In this document: positions 23,448 through 33,834 of the stretch, piece after piece | Numbering within the stretch: the first letter of the stretch is position 1 | How the letters are laid out: each line of letters begins with the position of its first letter | Origin: Nitrospirota bacterium | GTDB lineage: Bacteria > Nitrospirota > UBA9217 | DNA length: 64,000 nt | Direction: 5' to 3' | Assembly (NCBI GenBank): GCA_963737155.1 | Contig: CAVTRN010000002.1 | Location: 96,001-160,000, forward strand | The notes under the pieces: model-generated | The model's database searches: none | What the model was told of the DNA's origin: nothing | What the model saw: only the letters and a program-made list of their open reading frames with translations | Made by a program: the position numbers and the translations under genes

Positions 23448-24973
23448 GACAGGTTATACTGTTTTTAGTTGAAATTGAAAAGAGTGGCTCCCCCGTGGCA
23501 TAATCCACGGTAGAGAGAGAAAAAAGAAAGGAGCCACTCAATGAAGGATACCACAAGGAAGAGAAAAAAGGCAATACGAGGAATTGAAGAGGCATACGGA
23601 AGGCGGGAGATCATCGAACAGATGTATTGTGTCTTCGCAAAAGGGAAACAGGGTTTTGATGAATGCATGAAGGAAATGGGCAGAATGATGGCAGAGACGA
23701 TCATGTACATCGAGCGGGAGGAGATTGCCGGCCCCGACTACCAGCCTAACAGTCCCGATCTGCGGAAGTGGGCTAGCCAGGGCGGTTCCGTCTATATCGG
23801 AGATCAGAAGATCCCGGTGACCCACCCTCGGCTTCGAGGTCCGGCGGGTGAGATTGTACTGCAGAGCTATCAGAAGATGAAAAAACCGGAAGTCTTCGCA
23901 GAAGAATTGCTTGGAAAGGTGCTTCGGGGCATATCATGCCGGAAGTATGCGGAGACAGTTGTAGATACGGCACGAGCATTTGGAGTGTCCGCCAGCACGG
24001 TATCGAGCCATATCGTCGCGGCAACAGCAAAACAGCTTCAGGAGTTTAAGGAACGGTCACTCACGTCATTCGTTCCCTTTTCGGTCTTTTTAGACACTGT
24101 TCACCGCGGCGGAGAGGCATTCATCGTGGCGCTGGGGCTTGATATTGCCGGAAAGAAGCAGACATTGGGGTTCTGGCAGGGGGCGACGGAGAACCATGAA
24201 CTGTGTGAAGAGCTGTTTTCTGATATAGAGCGGCGGGGTCTGATACTTTCACGACGAATCATCTGGGTTACCGATGGCGGCAAGGGCGTAATCAAGGCAC
24301 TCCGGGATCGCTTCGGTAAGAAACTCATCCATCAGCGGTGCACGATCCACAAGGACCGGAATATACAGCATCATTTGCCGAAGAAATACCGGAAAGGCGC
24401 ACACTGGAGGTTCCGGACAGCCCTGGAGCAGAATAATTACGCGGACGCTCGTCAGATGCTTCTGGACATGGAGAAATGGCTTCGGGGCATTAATGAGTCG
24501 GCGGCTGATTCGCTCATGGAAGCGATAGAAGACATTCTCACCCTTCATCGATTGAAGGTCCCCGCTCTCTTGAGGAAGACGTTGCATTCTACCAATCCTA
24601 TCGAGAGCATGTTTTCCACGGTGAGAAAAGCAGAAGGCAATATAAAGCGCTACCGCGACAGCAAGATGATGCAGCGCTGGCTCGCTTCTGTCCTCTTATA
24701 TGCTGAACAAGGATTCAGAAAGATCAAGGGCCACGCCTTCATCGCGAACGTGATGAAACGGATCGAAACGGAAGAATTAAATGACCTAACAGTCAAAGAG
24801 GCTGCGTAAAGGGGGATGGTTAGGTATGGCTCGGCCTCAGAAAACTCACATATGGCGATCCTACGAATCCGATTTTATAAACAGCGATGATTTACACCGT
24901 TGAACCGATAAAAATACTTTAGCCGAAGGGAACGGGCCACTCAGATAATTTCAACTAAAAGCTTGACCTCGTC
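23448..24973 (+). mobile_element. IS256-family insertion sequence
   Basis: Imperfect terminal IRs (GAC...TTTTAGTTGAAATT...GAGTGGC / GCCACTC...AATTTCAACTAAAA...GTC); flanking direct repeat AACAGAA at 23441-23447 and 24974-24980. Confidence 0.88.
23541..24809 (+). CDS. IS256-family (Mutator-like) DDE transposase
   Basis: FLDTV, VTDGGKG, HQRCTIHK, STNPIES motifs. Confidence 0.93.
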   Translation: MKDTTRKRKKAIRGIEEAYGRREIIEQMYCVFAKGKQGFDECMKEMGRMMAETIMYIEREEIAGPDYQPNSPDLRKWASQGGSVYIGDQKIPVTHPRLRGPAGEIVLQSYQKMKKPEVFAEELLGKVLRGISCRKYAETVVDTARAFGVSASTVSSHIVAATAKQLQEFKERSLTSFVPFSVFLDTVHRGGEAFIVALGLDIAGKKQTLGFWQGATENHELCEELFSDIERRGLILSRRIIWVTDGGKGVIKALRDRFGKKLIHQRCTIHKDRNIQHHLPKKYRKGAHWRFRTALEQNNYADARQMLLDMEKWLRGINESAADSLMEAIEDILTLHRLKVPALLRKTLHSTNPIESMFSTVRKAEGNIKRYRDSKMMQRWLASVLLYAEQGFRKIKGHAFIANVMKRIETEELNDLTVKEAA

Positions 24974-25050
24974 AACAGAAGATTTTACTTCCCCAATAAT
25001 TCTTAACCTCCCACCTCCACCTACTAGCTTGTAGTCCTGTTGACATAAAA
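24974..25050 (+). repeat. CACCTAC-family repeat, right part (core 25018-25024)
   Basis: Continuation of the 23340 copy: CCTCCACCTAC-TAGCT-TGTAGTCCTGTTGAC. Confidence 0.75.
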
Positions 25051-25079
25051 TCTATCCAGACTACTGGTTGATAATTGCA

Positions 25080-25140
25080 CATCAACGAACGGGTTCAGCA
25101 GCTGGCGTAGACAGTTGCCTGAAACGATGGGTTCGTCGCG
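25080..25140 (-). other. Degenerate attC-like site downstream of the GyrI-like gene
   Basis: Minus strand GACGAAC-ccatcgTTTCAG...CTGAA-cccgttc-GTTGATG; attC-like layout with a mutated R'' box. Confidence 0.4.
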
Positions 25141-25163
25141 CATCCGCTATGTCGCACTATATT

Positions 25164-25628
25164 TCATTTCAAGGGCAAATAGACGTCGGTAATCATTTCT
25201 CCCTCGAGAACATTCGTCCCGAAGTTTACATAATGGAAGATGATCGGGAAATCGCCGAGAGATTCGCCACTTTGGAGTAGCCACTCGTCATAGAGATAGA
25301 CTGCGGCTTTATTGTTGGAGCGGGAACCAACATCCCGGGCACAGGCACAACGTATGCATGGAATTACCTTATTGATGATACCATATGAATTTGTATCAAC
25401 GTCCTCTTCTATGGAAAGACAGAAGTCGACGCGGTGTTTGGAAGGCGGCGTAGTGCGTGGATCTGTGTAGTGAAGGCCATAGCTCCTGTATTTCAGAGTA
25501 TCCAGAAATTGCTTCTCAAGTTTCCAGGTGATCAACTTTTTCGCAGTGTTGTGTTCGAGCGACGGCGACCCGCGGTGCTCAACGGCAGCAACCTTTGTCT
25601 CTGGGAATATAACAATCTGGACGTTTAT
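25164..25628 (-). pseudogene. GyrI-like / AraC effector-binding domain protein, start codon apparently mutated (ATA)
   Basis: Open frame INVQIVIFPETKVAAVEHRG...YTDP...RVDFC...TDVYLPLK; ATA at 25628 where an ATG is expected. Confidence 0.7.
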
Positions 25629-25723
25629 AAAGTGACAACTCCGTTTTCGTATTTTAAAAGAAACACATCAGGGTAAGCTGCAACCGATATTTTCCACGTC
25701 TCCTAAAACTTACCAATGCGCAG

Positions 25724-25790
25724 ATCACCCGAGTCTGCGCTGCCAATATTGTGACTACGGCAAAAAATACCACATGTAACTTACACCGTA
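25724..25790 (+). repeat. CACCTAC-family repeat, degenerate copy
   Basis: ATCACCC..TGCCAATATTGTGACTACGGCAA resembles the right arms at 10082 and 40991; ACCACATGTAACTTACACC shared with 8110. Confidence 0.5.
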
Positions 25791-25950
25791 CCAATATATT
25801 CTCTTGTGAGTTGTTTAGTTCTCAATTTCACCTCATCGAACAGTAATGCAATTTCTTCAACTTATAAAATCAAAATTTAAACAATCTAGTCGTCCTTTGA
25901 ATATAAAGATTCCCGCGGACCAAATCTCTTGAATGGACCTTTCCCACATG

Positions 25951-28857
25951 TTAAGAGTTAAGCGTCTTGTTCAATACTTCTTGTAGCTCATCCACGTTGT
26001 AGGGTTTCTTAAGGAATGCCTTGAAACCCTGATTACGGTGGTTTTGTACGTTATCATCATCAGAGTATCCGCTCGACGCAATAGCATTCACCCCTGGATC
26101 GATTTCCATGAGTCTCCTTATTGTCTCGGCACCGCCAATCCCTCCCCGGATTGTCAGGTCCAGAATAACCAGATCAAAAGGCTTCCCCGCTTGATTCGCA
26201 TTCCGATATTTGTTGATTGCCTCCTCACCATGGGCTGAGCATTCCACCTCATGTCCCAGCGCCTGGATCAAATCCCTGGCAACATCGCGGATAACCGGTT
26301 CATCGTCCATGACGAGCACTTTGCCAGTTCGTAGCGGTAAAACTACATCTGTTGGCTGAAAAGGCTCCACTTTTTCTACTGCTGCAAATGCAGGAAGATA
26401 AATGGAAAATGTTGTTCCCTTGCCAACCTCGGATTTTACCTCTATCAGACCACCATGATTCTTAATGATGGAATAGGACGTCGCAAGACCCAAACCGCTC
26501 CCTTTTTCCTTGGTCGTGAAATAGGGATCGAATATTTTGGTAATGTATTGTTCCAGTATCCCGATGCCGCTGTCTTTAATACTAATTTGAACATATCTTC
26601 CTGTATGTAATCCCTGCAGTGAGTCATTATGGGGAACATGGACATTTCGCGCTGTAATCTCAACACGACCGCCTTCCTTCATGGCCTGATCGGCGTTCAG
26701 GACAATATTCTGTATCACCTGACTGATCTGGCCTTCGTCCGCTTCTACCTGCCAGAGACCACCATCAGCAGCAAAACGGTAATCTGAACGTGACCCGCTC
26801 AAGGCGAACTGGGCGGTATTGTCGATCATCGGGTAAAGATCGATTATTTTCTTCACAGGTTTACCGCCCTTTGAAAATGTCAAAAGCTGGTTTGTCAGCT
26901 TAACCGACATGTGCAGAGCTTTCTCGGCCTGGTCAAGTGCGGCCAAGCTTTTCTGACGTCCGTAGGCGGTCAGTTTGGCCAGTGAGATATAGCCAAACAC
27001 ACCCTGCAACAAGTTATTGAAATCATGGGCAATCCCCCCAGCCAACGTCCCGACCGCCTCTAGCTTCTGCATTTTGAGGCGTTCCTGCTCTAGGAGTTTT
27101 TTATCCGTGATGTTGCTGATCGACTCGATTACTGACGTGATGTACCCTGACGCATCCTTAAGCGGGAACGCCTTTGTTTCCACATGGAACATACTGCCAT
27201 CTGCATCAGGATGGTTATGATACACTACGGAAGGTTCGCCAGTGTTAAAGACGTTCCTGACGGCGCATTCCTTGCCTACTTCATAGCACGGCCTGTCGAC
27301 TTTGTGAGATATCTTGAAACAAATTTTTCCCACCACCTCGTTGTGAGGAAGGCGGACCTGATTGCAGTACGCCCGGTTCGCGGTCAGGATGCGATAGTCC
27401 CGGTCGACCACAATAAACCCCTCGTCCACGCTGTTAAGTATGTTCCTGACCATTTCCTCGCTACGACGGAGAGTGTCCTCCGCCTGTTTATGCTCAGTAA
27501 TATCACGTGTTATACCAAGCAGCGCAACTATTTCATCTTTTTCATTTCGAAAAGGCACGGCATGCGTTTCAAGCCACAAATGTCTGCCCTTAACTCCAGT
27601 CATTTCGAAAGCCAAGGTGCCGGAGTCGCCGTTGAAAACCCGTTTCGTTAGATCCATAAACGCGTCCCGATGCTCGGATGCGATCAAGGGGCAGACACAC
27701 TGCCCTTTGACTTGCTCTAACGAATCTGCCTGGATCATGGATAAGCCTGCCCGGTTCATCATTATCAATTTCGCATCCGCATCAATGAGCTTTACACATT
27801 CGGGCTCCGCGTTGATGATTGCCTGCAGCATGTTTTCGCTCTTTTTAAGCGCCTCTTCTGCATGCTTTCGGTTAGTGATGTCCTCTACCAACTCTATCGC
27901 CGCTAATATTGACCCATCCGCTGCCAATAGAGGTGTCGATACAACCTCGTAGTGCCGGAATCCTTTTTCCGTCGGCGTTCCTGTGACGGCCGTGTGGATC
28001 TGCCCGTCCTGCAGGGTCTGCACGGTTGGGCAATAGCTGCAAACACTATCCCGAGGCGGCGTATTAAAGCTCTTGTAACAGATGTGATGCTGATTGCAGT
28101 CTATGTGCGGAAACCATTTCTGCATCTGGGGATTAATCGAAATGATCTCCATATCCTTCCCGATTAATGAAATGCCTATGCCGATGTTATTGTAGATCGA
28201 ACGGAACCGTTCCTCGCTCTCCTTCAGTTTGTATTCATTTTTCAGGAGGTCGTTTTTCACCTTTTCGAAGTATATCAGTATCATACCGATTGCCCCGGTG
28301 AGTCCGAGTGACTCGCCAAGCGAATACCCCCAAGGCGCAAACCACGTATTCCTCAAAAAGGGATAATCTCCCTTATGTATACCCCACACAATAAAGGTCC
28401 ATCCAATAAGGTACTTACCGATGCCCTTAAGGTCATGAGAACGAATAAAAGCAAAACCTGTCCATATGTATATGGCCGCCAAAAAAGTAAAGGTGGGAAC
28501 GGTCAACGCGGAAAAACTGAAATCAGACAAGATCGCTACAATAATCCACAATGCAAGCATGACTGTGGTGAAAAGCCAAAACTTCGACTTGCCGCGACCG
28601 AGAAACATTGAAACGCCCCAAACGAGAAACAGCCCGCTGACAAGGGCGAATTCATGATATCCGATAGCCAATACCTTATTGTTTCCGAAAAGGAGTTCGA
28701 GTACAAGGAAGCAGAACCTGAGGGAGTATAGAGCGAAGCTTATGGACCATATGGCAAGATAGCGATGGCGGTCCTGTGTGTATAGATACAAGTAAACCAA
28801 GGACAGCAGAAAACTACCTGTTAGTGAAGCAATTGTTGCCGGCAACAACCAGCTCAT
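25951..28857 (-). CDS. Membrane-anchored multi-PAS hybrid histidine kinase / response regulator
   Basis: About seven hydrophobic N-terminal helices, three PAS units, GGIAHDFNNLL, HATPase, receiver. Confidence 0.92.
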   Translation of the reverse strand: MSWLLPATIASLTGSFLLSLVYLYLYTQDRHRYLAIWSISFALYSLRFCFLVLELLFGNNKVLAIGYHEFALVSGLFLVWGVSMFLGRGKSKFWLFTTVMLALWIIVAILSDFSFSALTVPTFTFLAAIYIWTGFAFIRSHDLKGIGKYLIGWTFIVWGIHKGDYPFLRNTWFAPWGYSLGESLGLTGAIGMILIYFEKVKNDLLKNEYKLKESEERFRSIYNNIGIGISLIGKDMEIISINPQMQKWFPHIDCNQHHICYKSFNTPPRDSVCSYCPTVQTLQDGQIHTAVTGTPTEKGFRHYEVVSTPLLAADGSILAAIELVEDITNRKHAEEALKKSENMLQAIINAEPECVKLIDADAKLIMMNRAGLSMIQADSLEQVKGQCVCPLIASEHRDAFMDLTKRVFNGDSGTLAFEMTGVKGRHLWLETHAVPFRNEKDEIVALLGITRDITEHKQAEDTLRRSEEMVRNILNSVDEGFIVVDRDYRILTANRAYCNQVRLPHNEVVGKICFKISHKVDRPCYEVGKECAVRNVFNTGEPSVVYHNHPDADGSMFHVETKAFPLKDASGYITSVIESISNITDKKLLEQERLKMQKLEAVGTLAGGIAHDFNNLLQGVFGYISLAKLTAYGRQKSLAALDQAEKALHMSVKLTNQLLTFSKGGKPVKKIIDLYPMIDNTAQFALSGSRSDYRFAADGGLWQVEADEGQISQVIQNIVLNADQAMKEGGRVEITARNVHVPHNDSLQGLHTGRYVQISIKDSGIGILEQYITKIFDPYFTTKEKGSGLGLATSYSIIKNHGGLIEVKSEVGKGTTFSIYLPAFAAVEKVEPFQPTDVVLPLRTGKVLVMDDEPVIRDVARDLIQALGHEVECSAHGEEAINKYRNANQAGKPFDLVILDLTIRGGIGGAETIRRLMEIDPGVNAIASSGYSDDDNVQNHRNQGFKAFLKKPYNVDELQEVLNKTLNS

Positions 28858-29079
28858 GGCCTTATCCTTTTGTCATTGTTTTCTTGATAAATATCGAGAG
28901 CTCTTATAATAACCGAAAGGCTGCCATTTATAAACAATTATTTGATTGTCTTGAGAGCAGTCAACATAGTCACCTCAAGATAAATGGTTCTTAGACCCTA
29001 AACCAGGCGGCATCCTCCCTGAGAGTCAATGCAAGTTTGGCTAAGCTGATAAAAATCTTGACGCGGTCATCGTTCCGGT

Positions 29080-29340
29080 TCAGAACCTCACCAACGACCT
29101 CCCTTGTGCGTCAACGCTTCGCTCAATGGCACGCTTATCAGCGGCTCTCTCAAAGCGATTGGCTGAACGTAGTCTTGAAAAGTGTTCAATCCATACGGGG
29201 CAAATCCAATCTCCGCTTGGATCGTCTTTAATCTTCGTCGGTTGACCGACTATAAGTCGTGACGACATTAATCGTCCGTCTTGAAGCTTATAATGCCATA
29301 TATCCTCTGCAATCGGATGGTCAATTCGGTCAATAACCAT
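29080..29340 (-). CDS. Hypothetical protein (possibly truncated)
   Basis: ORF with an AAGGTG RBS-like sequence upstream; no recognisable family. Confidence 0.3.
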   Translation of the reverse strand: MVIDRIDHPIAEDIWHYKLQDGRLMSSRLIVGQPTKIKDDPSGDWICPVWIEHFSRLRSANRFERAADKRAIERSVDAQGRSLVRF

Positions 29341-29399
29341 GAGAACGCATCACCTTTTCATATTTTCATAATGGTTTTTGTATTTATCACGTTACGAAG

Positions 29400-29505
29400 A
29401 TCAGGAAGAACAGTTTACTAAAAACTTCAAACGGAAATATTCACTCGAGTGGCGATTCTGGTTCTCTGAGGTCCACCTACTAGCTTGCACAGAAGATTGA
29501 GAAAA
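29400..29505 (+). repeat. CACCTAC-family repeat (core 29474-29480), 3' of the nuclease-transposase gene
   Basis: CAGGAAG ... TCCACCTAC-TAGCT-TGCAC; right arm as at 8071 and 25025. Confidence 0.65.
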
Positions 29506-29648
29506 GCGGTTGCAATCTTCTGGTTGAAGTTTGCGTCAAGGTTCACAGACTATTTGCATGGGCTAATACATCAACATAAGGGATATAAAGAGAACAATTT
29601 GTTTATCGTTACGGATACATTTTAAATAGTTGGATTGGTCCGATCCCA

Positions 29649-32444
29649 TTAACTCACGGAAGTCTTGGGGCCCTTCGTTATCTCCACTAAATTTTTTAAG
29701 CCGACAGGGGATGATATTCTTATACTTTTTGCAGCTTTGAACTTGTCGATGTCGATCTCTTCAGATAAAAAGAACTTGAGAAGCGATTTGTCTTGGAACC
29801 TACAAGTTTGTGCGATTCCAAGCAATAGCAGGTAATGTAGGGCAACTGTTTTGAAAAACGTTCCGGAAATCTTTCTTTGAACAGCAAGGTGCCTGAGGGC
29901 ATTTTCTGCCGTGTTGTTGTGCCAAGGAATACCATCTAACTCGAGAAAGGTGAAAAGGCTCTCTCTATAGCGGTGAAAACGCTTTTGATATTTAGCAACT
30001 AGTTCACAATTAATGGGTGCATTATCGATGTTTTTCCGATAGAATCGGTCGACAGACTTGCTAAATTTGCAAAGATGCCGTCTCTTTAGCCCGTATTTCT
30101 CCTCTGCCTTAAAGATAGGGACTAGCAGATCCTTAACCTCGCTGACAAATGCCTCATATACTTGGTTATATGGATTACTCCAAAGATCATCATTGAGATC
30201 TCGTATGAGGTGAACTAAACATTTTTGTTGTGCGCAAGTGACAGCATCGTAGCCTCCATAGAAATCGGAAATCAACACACCCTTATAGTTAGACAAAAAC
30301 TCATGGACAATGGTCGACTCTCGCGTCTCAGTCATTCTGAAGACAACATGCTTTCCATCGGTAAACACCCAGGCATAATGATCAGTTCCCTGAATATTGA
30401 TTCGCGTCTCGTCAGCGTGAACAAAAGGACTTTCCATGATGCGCTGAATCGTCAACTTCTCAGTCGTAGTATAGTATTGGGCAAAGTCATTGATGAAGCT
30501 GACCAAACTCCCTTCACTTGCGCTCTCATGAAATATCTCCTCCATTTCTTGGATGATAATGCGATAAGGAAGGCGCAGAACTATTCTGGCATGGATTACC
30601 CAAGCCTTGAAAGCATGCCCAAAAAGTTGCGTCCCGAGTGATGAAATCTTCGGTGGCGGATAATGTTTGCCACACTTCAGACAGTAACCTTGGGTGCCAA
30701 TATATTTCGTCGCAGTTCTTCTACAACCGGCTTTCGTGAAGCGCAGGCTGATAATGAATTTCTCTGCAATTCTCTCCGATTTCTCAAGGGATTGCCCCTT
30801 GTGTTTTGGACAGGTTCTCTTCGGTGCCACCCGAATGACAGTATCGGCCCTTGAAGTAACTTTTCTCCGATATCCCTGATGACCTTTCTGTCCGCCCCTT
30901 TTTTTCCCCTCAGTCTCTGTGGTGTTATATCCTGGACGAATGCTTACTCTATTTTTATTGTAGTCGGCATGGGCATATACAATGATATTATGCAATCCCC
31001 TGTGAATCTGATGGCCGAGTTCAGTAGTGTGCCGTTTTGGCTGATCGGCAAAATCAATATCACTGTATGTATCTGCACTTGCGCTGATCCTTGAGAGTTC
31101 CTCTAGCAAGAACCAGAGTGCCTCGCAGTCCTCTTTATTGTAAGTTACCAATATCTCCTTATGTTGGCTTTCCCCGGCCTCCCAGAGATGTCGCCATACT
31201 AGACTTTGGAGTCCAGACGCATTAGGCATGGTCCAAGATGCGCCGACGAGTTTCCCTATATCCTTTAGATTATTTGACCTGGTTGGGAAATACACTTTGC
31301 CGTAGATACTGGCATTCAGGTTGACAAATCGTTTTTTGAGCGCCTCACAATCAGTCTGATATATTTGCGCCATTGCATCAATCGATCGTGGTTCATAACT
31401 CCCATAGTGATATATCGGCGCTTCAGGATATCTGTTGATCTTTTCAAGAGCTTCAGCCCAGATCCGCCGCTCGTCTTCAGGCGAATTAGCCCAAAAGGAA
31501 TGATAGGAGCGGTTCCCCTGCTCATTGATCAGGAGACCGATTAAGTAGTGGAAGTTTTGGTCTGGGATCCCTTCGATATCGAGAAACAGCTCTACCTCGC
31601 GCCTGAGTATTGTAGGGCGTTCTTGAATATATGTTATCCCCGTTCTGAGTGCTAATGCTTGCAACTCAACTTTGAAAGGTACCGGGGCTCTGGCTCGTCG
31701 CTTCCGGCTACGCCTTGGCTTGAAGGCATAGGAGAGTTGCGTAACTGTAAAGATGCCTTTCTTGTGATACTTCAGAATTGCTTTTGGCGTGACTCGATCC
31801 AGTAAACTGAGGTCGTCAGCCTTTTCTGCTTGCACTAAACAGCTTTTCCTAAATTGGCAAGTCGAGCAATGTTTGTTTAATATCACTGGAGGTGATATTG
31901 CTGGTGAACTGCCTGTCCATTGCCTCAATGCATTGATCATCGGCATCAATGTTCGGCTCGCGGATGCCATTCCTACTTTATGAGCCTGACCATCCGCGCA
32001 AACAATTGTTCCAGACGAAGGCAACTTAAACTGCAATTGACCGAGCACATATCCAACAAACAAAAGGGAGAGCTTCTGCTCTTTCGTAACCTGATGTGTA
32101 CCCACAATGCTTATCGGCTCGTAACTATAACTGCCGAGAGATGAGGTACGATGCACTTTCGTGAGCACGTCACAGCCAGCTTTTAAATCGTGCAACTTGA
32201 GTGCGACGTCCAGAAGAACATTCTCGCCGCTTGAGAGAGCAGCAGCGTTCCCGGAGCTCAGGCTAGGATGTTCTTTCTCGATAAGATTCAAATATTTAAT
32301 TCGGCTTTGATGTGCTTGTTCTTCAAGTAAATGCCAATACTCATGGGGTATTCCCTGATCTTCCAAGCAAAGAAGAAGAAATGCTTTTCGAGAGCATTGC
32401 GAGTATGCAACAACAACTTCAGGGGTAATAATTTTCGTTTCCAT
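29649..32444 (-). CDS. RecB/Cas4-like (TM0106-type) nuclease - RNase H-like - zinc finger - IS66 DDE transposase fusion (931 aa)
   Basis: YSQC ... CSTCQFRKSC four-Cys pattern; LDIEGIPD...YNKEDC; CPKH...CLKC; HADET, ISDFYGGY, QKCLVHLIRD, WHNNTAENALR IS66 core. Confidence 0.88.
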   Translation of the reverse strand: METKIITPEVVVAYSQCSRKAFLLLCLEDQGIPHEYWHLLEEQAHQSRIKYLNLIEKEHPSLSSGNAAALSSGENVLLDVALKLHDLKAGCDVLTKVHRTSSLGSYSYEPISIVGTHQVTKEQKLSLLFVGYVLGQLQFKLPSSGTIVCADGQAHKVGMASASRTLMPMINALRQWTGSSPAISPPVILNKHCSTCQFRKSCLVQAEKADDLSLLDRVTPKAILKYHKKGIFTVTQLSYAFKPRRSRKRRARAPVPFKVELQALALRTGITYIQERPTILRREVELFLDIEGIPDQNFHYLIGLLINEQGNRSYHSFWANSPEDERRIWAEALEKINRYPEAPIYHYGSYEPRSIDAMAQIYQTDCEALKKRFVNLNASIYGKVYFPTRSNNLKDIGKLVGASWTMPNASGLQSLVWRHLWEAGESQHKEILVTYNKEDCEALWFLLEELSRISASADTYSDIDFADQPKRHTTELGHQIHRGLHNIIVYAHADYNKNRVSIRPGYNTTETEGKKRGGQKGHQGYRRKVTSRADTVIRVAPKRTCPKHKGQSLEKSERIAEKFIISLRFTKAGCRRTATKYIGTQGYCLKCGKHYPPPKISSLGTQLFGHAFKAWVIHARIVLRLPYRIIIQEMEEIFHESASEGSLVSFINDFAQYYTTTEKLTIQRIMESPFVHADETRINIQGTDHYAWVFTDGKHVVFRMTETRESTIVHEFLSNYKGVLISDFYGGYDAVTCAQQKCLVHLIRDLNDDLWSNPYNQVYEAFVSEVKDLLVPIFKAEEKYGLKRRHLCKFSKSVDRFYRKNIDNAPINCELVAKYQKRFHRYRESLFTFLELDGIPWHNNTAENALRHLAVQRKISGTFFKTVALHYLLLLGIAQTCRFQDKSLLKFFLSEEIDIDKFKAAKSIRISSPVGLKNLVEITKGPKTSVS

Positions 32445-32800
32445 TCAACCCCATGCCAATCTTTCTTCAAGGACGCCTGATGTTTATGCTTCTGAGCGCT
32501 TATTCTGAAAGAAACTGGTTGACTATGCCTATGCGCGCCGATGACATCGGGTTTCAAATGAATTTTTTCTTCAAATCAAGGGTATAGATTACAGCATTGT
32601 ATCGGCGTAGGACCTGTGTCTTGGAGATGCCTGATGCAAAAACAGCAATTCAGGTTAGAGCCACTAGCAATACAATTAACATAGTCGAACAAACTGTTGA
32701 ACTTAATTGACAATTTGGTGGGGTTCGTGAGGAAACTCAGGGTTATTCCTATTGTGTTTTTTTCTCGAAATGTTTGATATAGAAACCGTTGACTGCGTAG

Positions 32801-33193
32801 TTAGTTCTGTAGTGACGCCGTGATTGCGATAGCGATATTTCTCGCGGCATCTTTCGCTTGCAATGCTTTATCCTTCGTGTAATGAACGGGCCAGTGAACA
32901 GGATAGCGGGTGTCAATATACGAAGTATTTAAAAACTCGCAAAAAGTCATCAGAGGTAAAAGCAAAGAGTTCTTTTCAGCGCATGTTTCGAGCAAAATGA
33001 CTAGATTATGCTGTTTCTCGAATTTCAGGTCATGAGCGACAATAAAAGCTTTCAGATACTTCTCCGCTGCCTGATGAAAATGAAAACAGATTTGTGCGTA
33101 AAACTCATTACCTTCTCCAAGGACGGCACTCGCGAAATTGAAATCTTCATCCGCCTTATTCAGCCAAACCTGAACGACCTGCGGATCAGCCAT
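32801..33193 (-). CDS. HEPN domain protein (toxin of an HEPN/MNT pair)
   Basis: WLNKADEDF...CFHFHQAAEKYLKA...HNL..L...RYP. Confidence 0.9.
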   Translation of the reverse strand: MADPQVVQVWLNKADEDFNFASAVLGEGNEFYAQICFHFHQAAEKYLKAFIVAHDLKFEKQHNLVILLETCAEKNSLLLPLMTFCEFLNTSYIDTRYPVHWPVHYTKDKALQAKDAARNIAIAITASLQN

Positions 33194-33506
33194 AGAGAAG
33201 CTTCCCTTCATTAAGTATCTTTTTCAAGAATGGGTCGCCTAAAGCAAACCACTTTTCAACTTCTTCAGGCTTATACACGATATAATCAACCGCTGCATGA
33301 GTCTTCATTAAGCGGTAAAGTTCGTTTATCCGGTCGCTGCCGTAATAGGGAACATTTTCTTTCACGATGAAAAAATCCAGATCGTTCACTTCGCTACCGC
33401 TTCCCCAGGCTGCGGAACCGAAGAGTATGATCTTCTCAGGCTGATATTTCTCGATAAGCTGGTTCTTGATGCTGTCTATTTCCAGCGTGATTTCTATTTT
33501 TGTCAT
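33186..33506 (-). CDS. Minimal nucleotidyltransferase (MNT antitoxin)
   Basis: PEKIILFGSAAWG...DLDFFIV; overlaps the HEPN start. Confidence 0.9.
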   Translation of the reverse strand: MTKIEITLEIDSIKNQLIEKYQPEKIILFGSAAWGSGSEVNDLDFFIVKENVPYYGSDRINELYRLMKTHAAVDYIVYKPEEVEKWFALGDPFLKKILNEGKLLYG

Positions 33507-33834
33507 ATGATTAACTCTATCATACGGAGTAAGGGTCTGAGCATGAATGAGTAAATGTTGGCTCACTGGTCAAATGCATACAATAAACTATCCCGCTGCA
33601 AGCCGCGGGGAATACAACCCAGAATGGTAATTAAAGAATACCGTAAAACACAGACGAATTCAATGATAAACTTAACTTCGGCATTTAAGAGTGGATCTCG
33701 TTTGAATTTAATAATAGCTGGCATAATCAAAATGCGATTACATATCTCGTATAGCCAACAATCAAATATAGACTCGCGGTATTAACATTTGGTCAGTCCA
33801 TCCAGTCTTTCATGATATTCGACGGCGTTGTCAA

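Noticed and set aside
29118-29170. Possible attC after the 29080-29340 ORF
   Set aside because: Too degenerate; R'' and L boxes could not be assigned.
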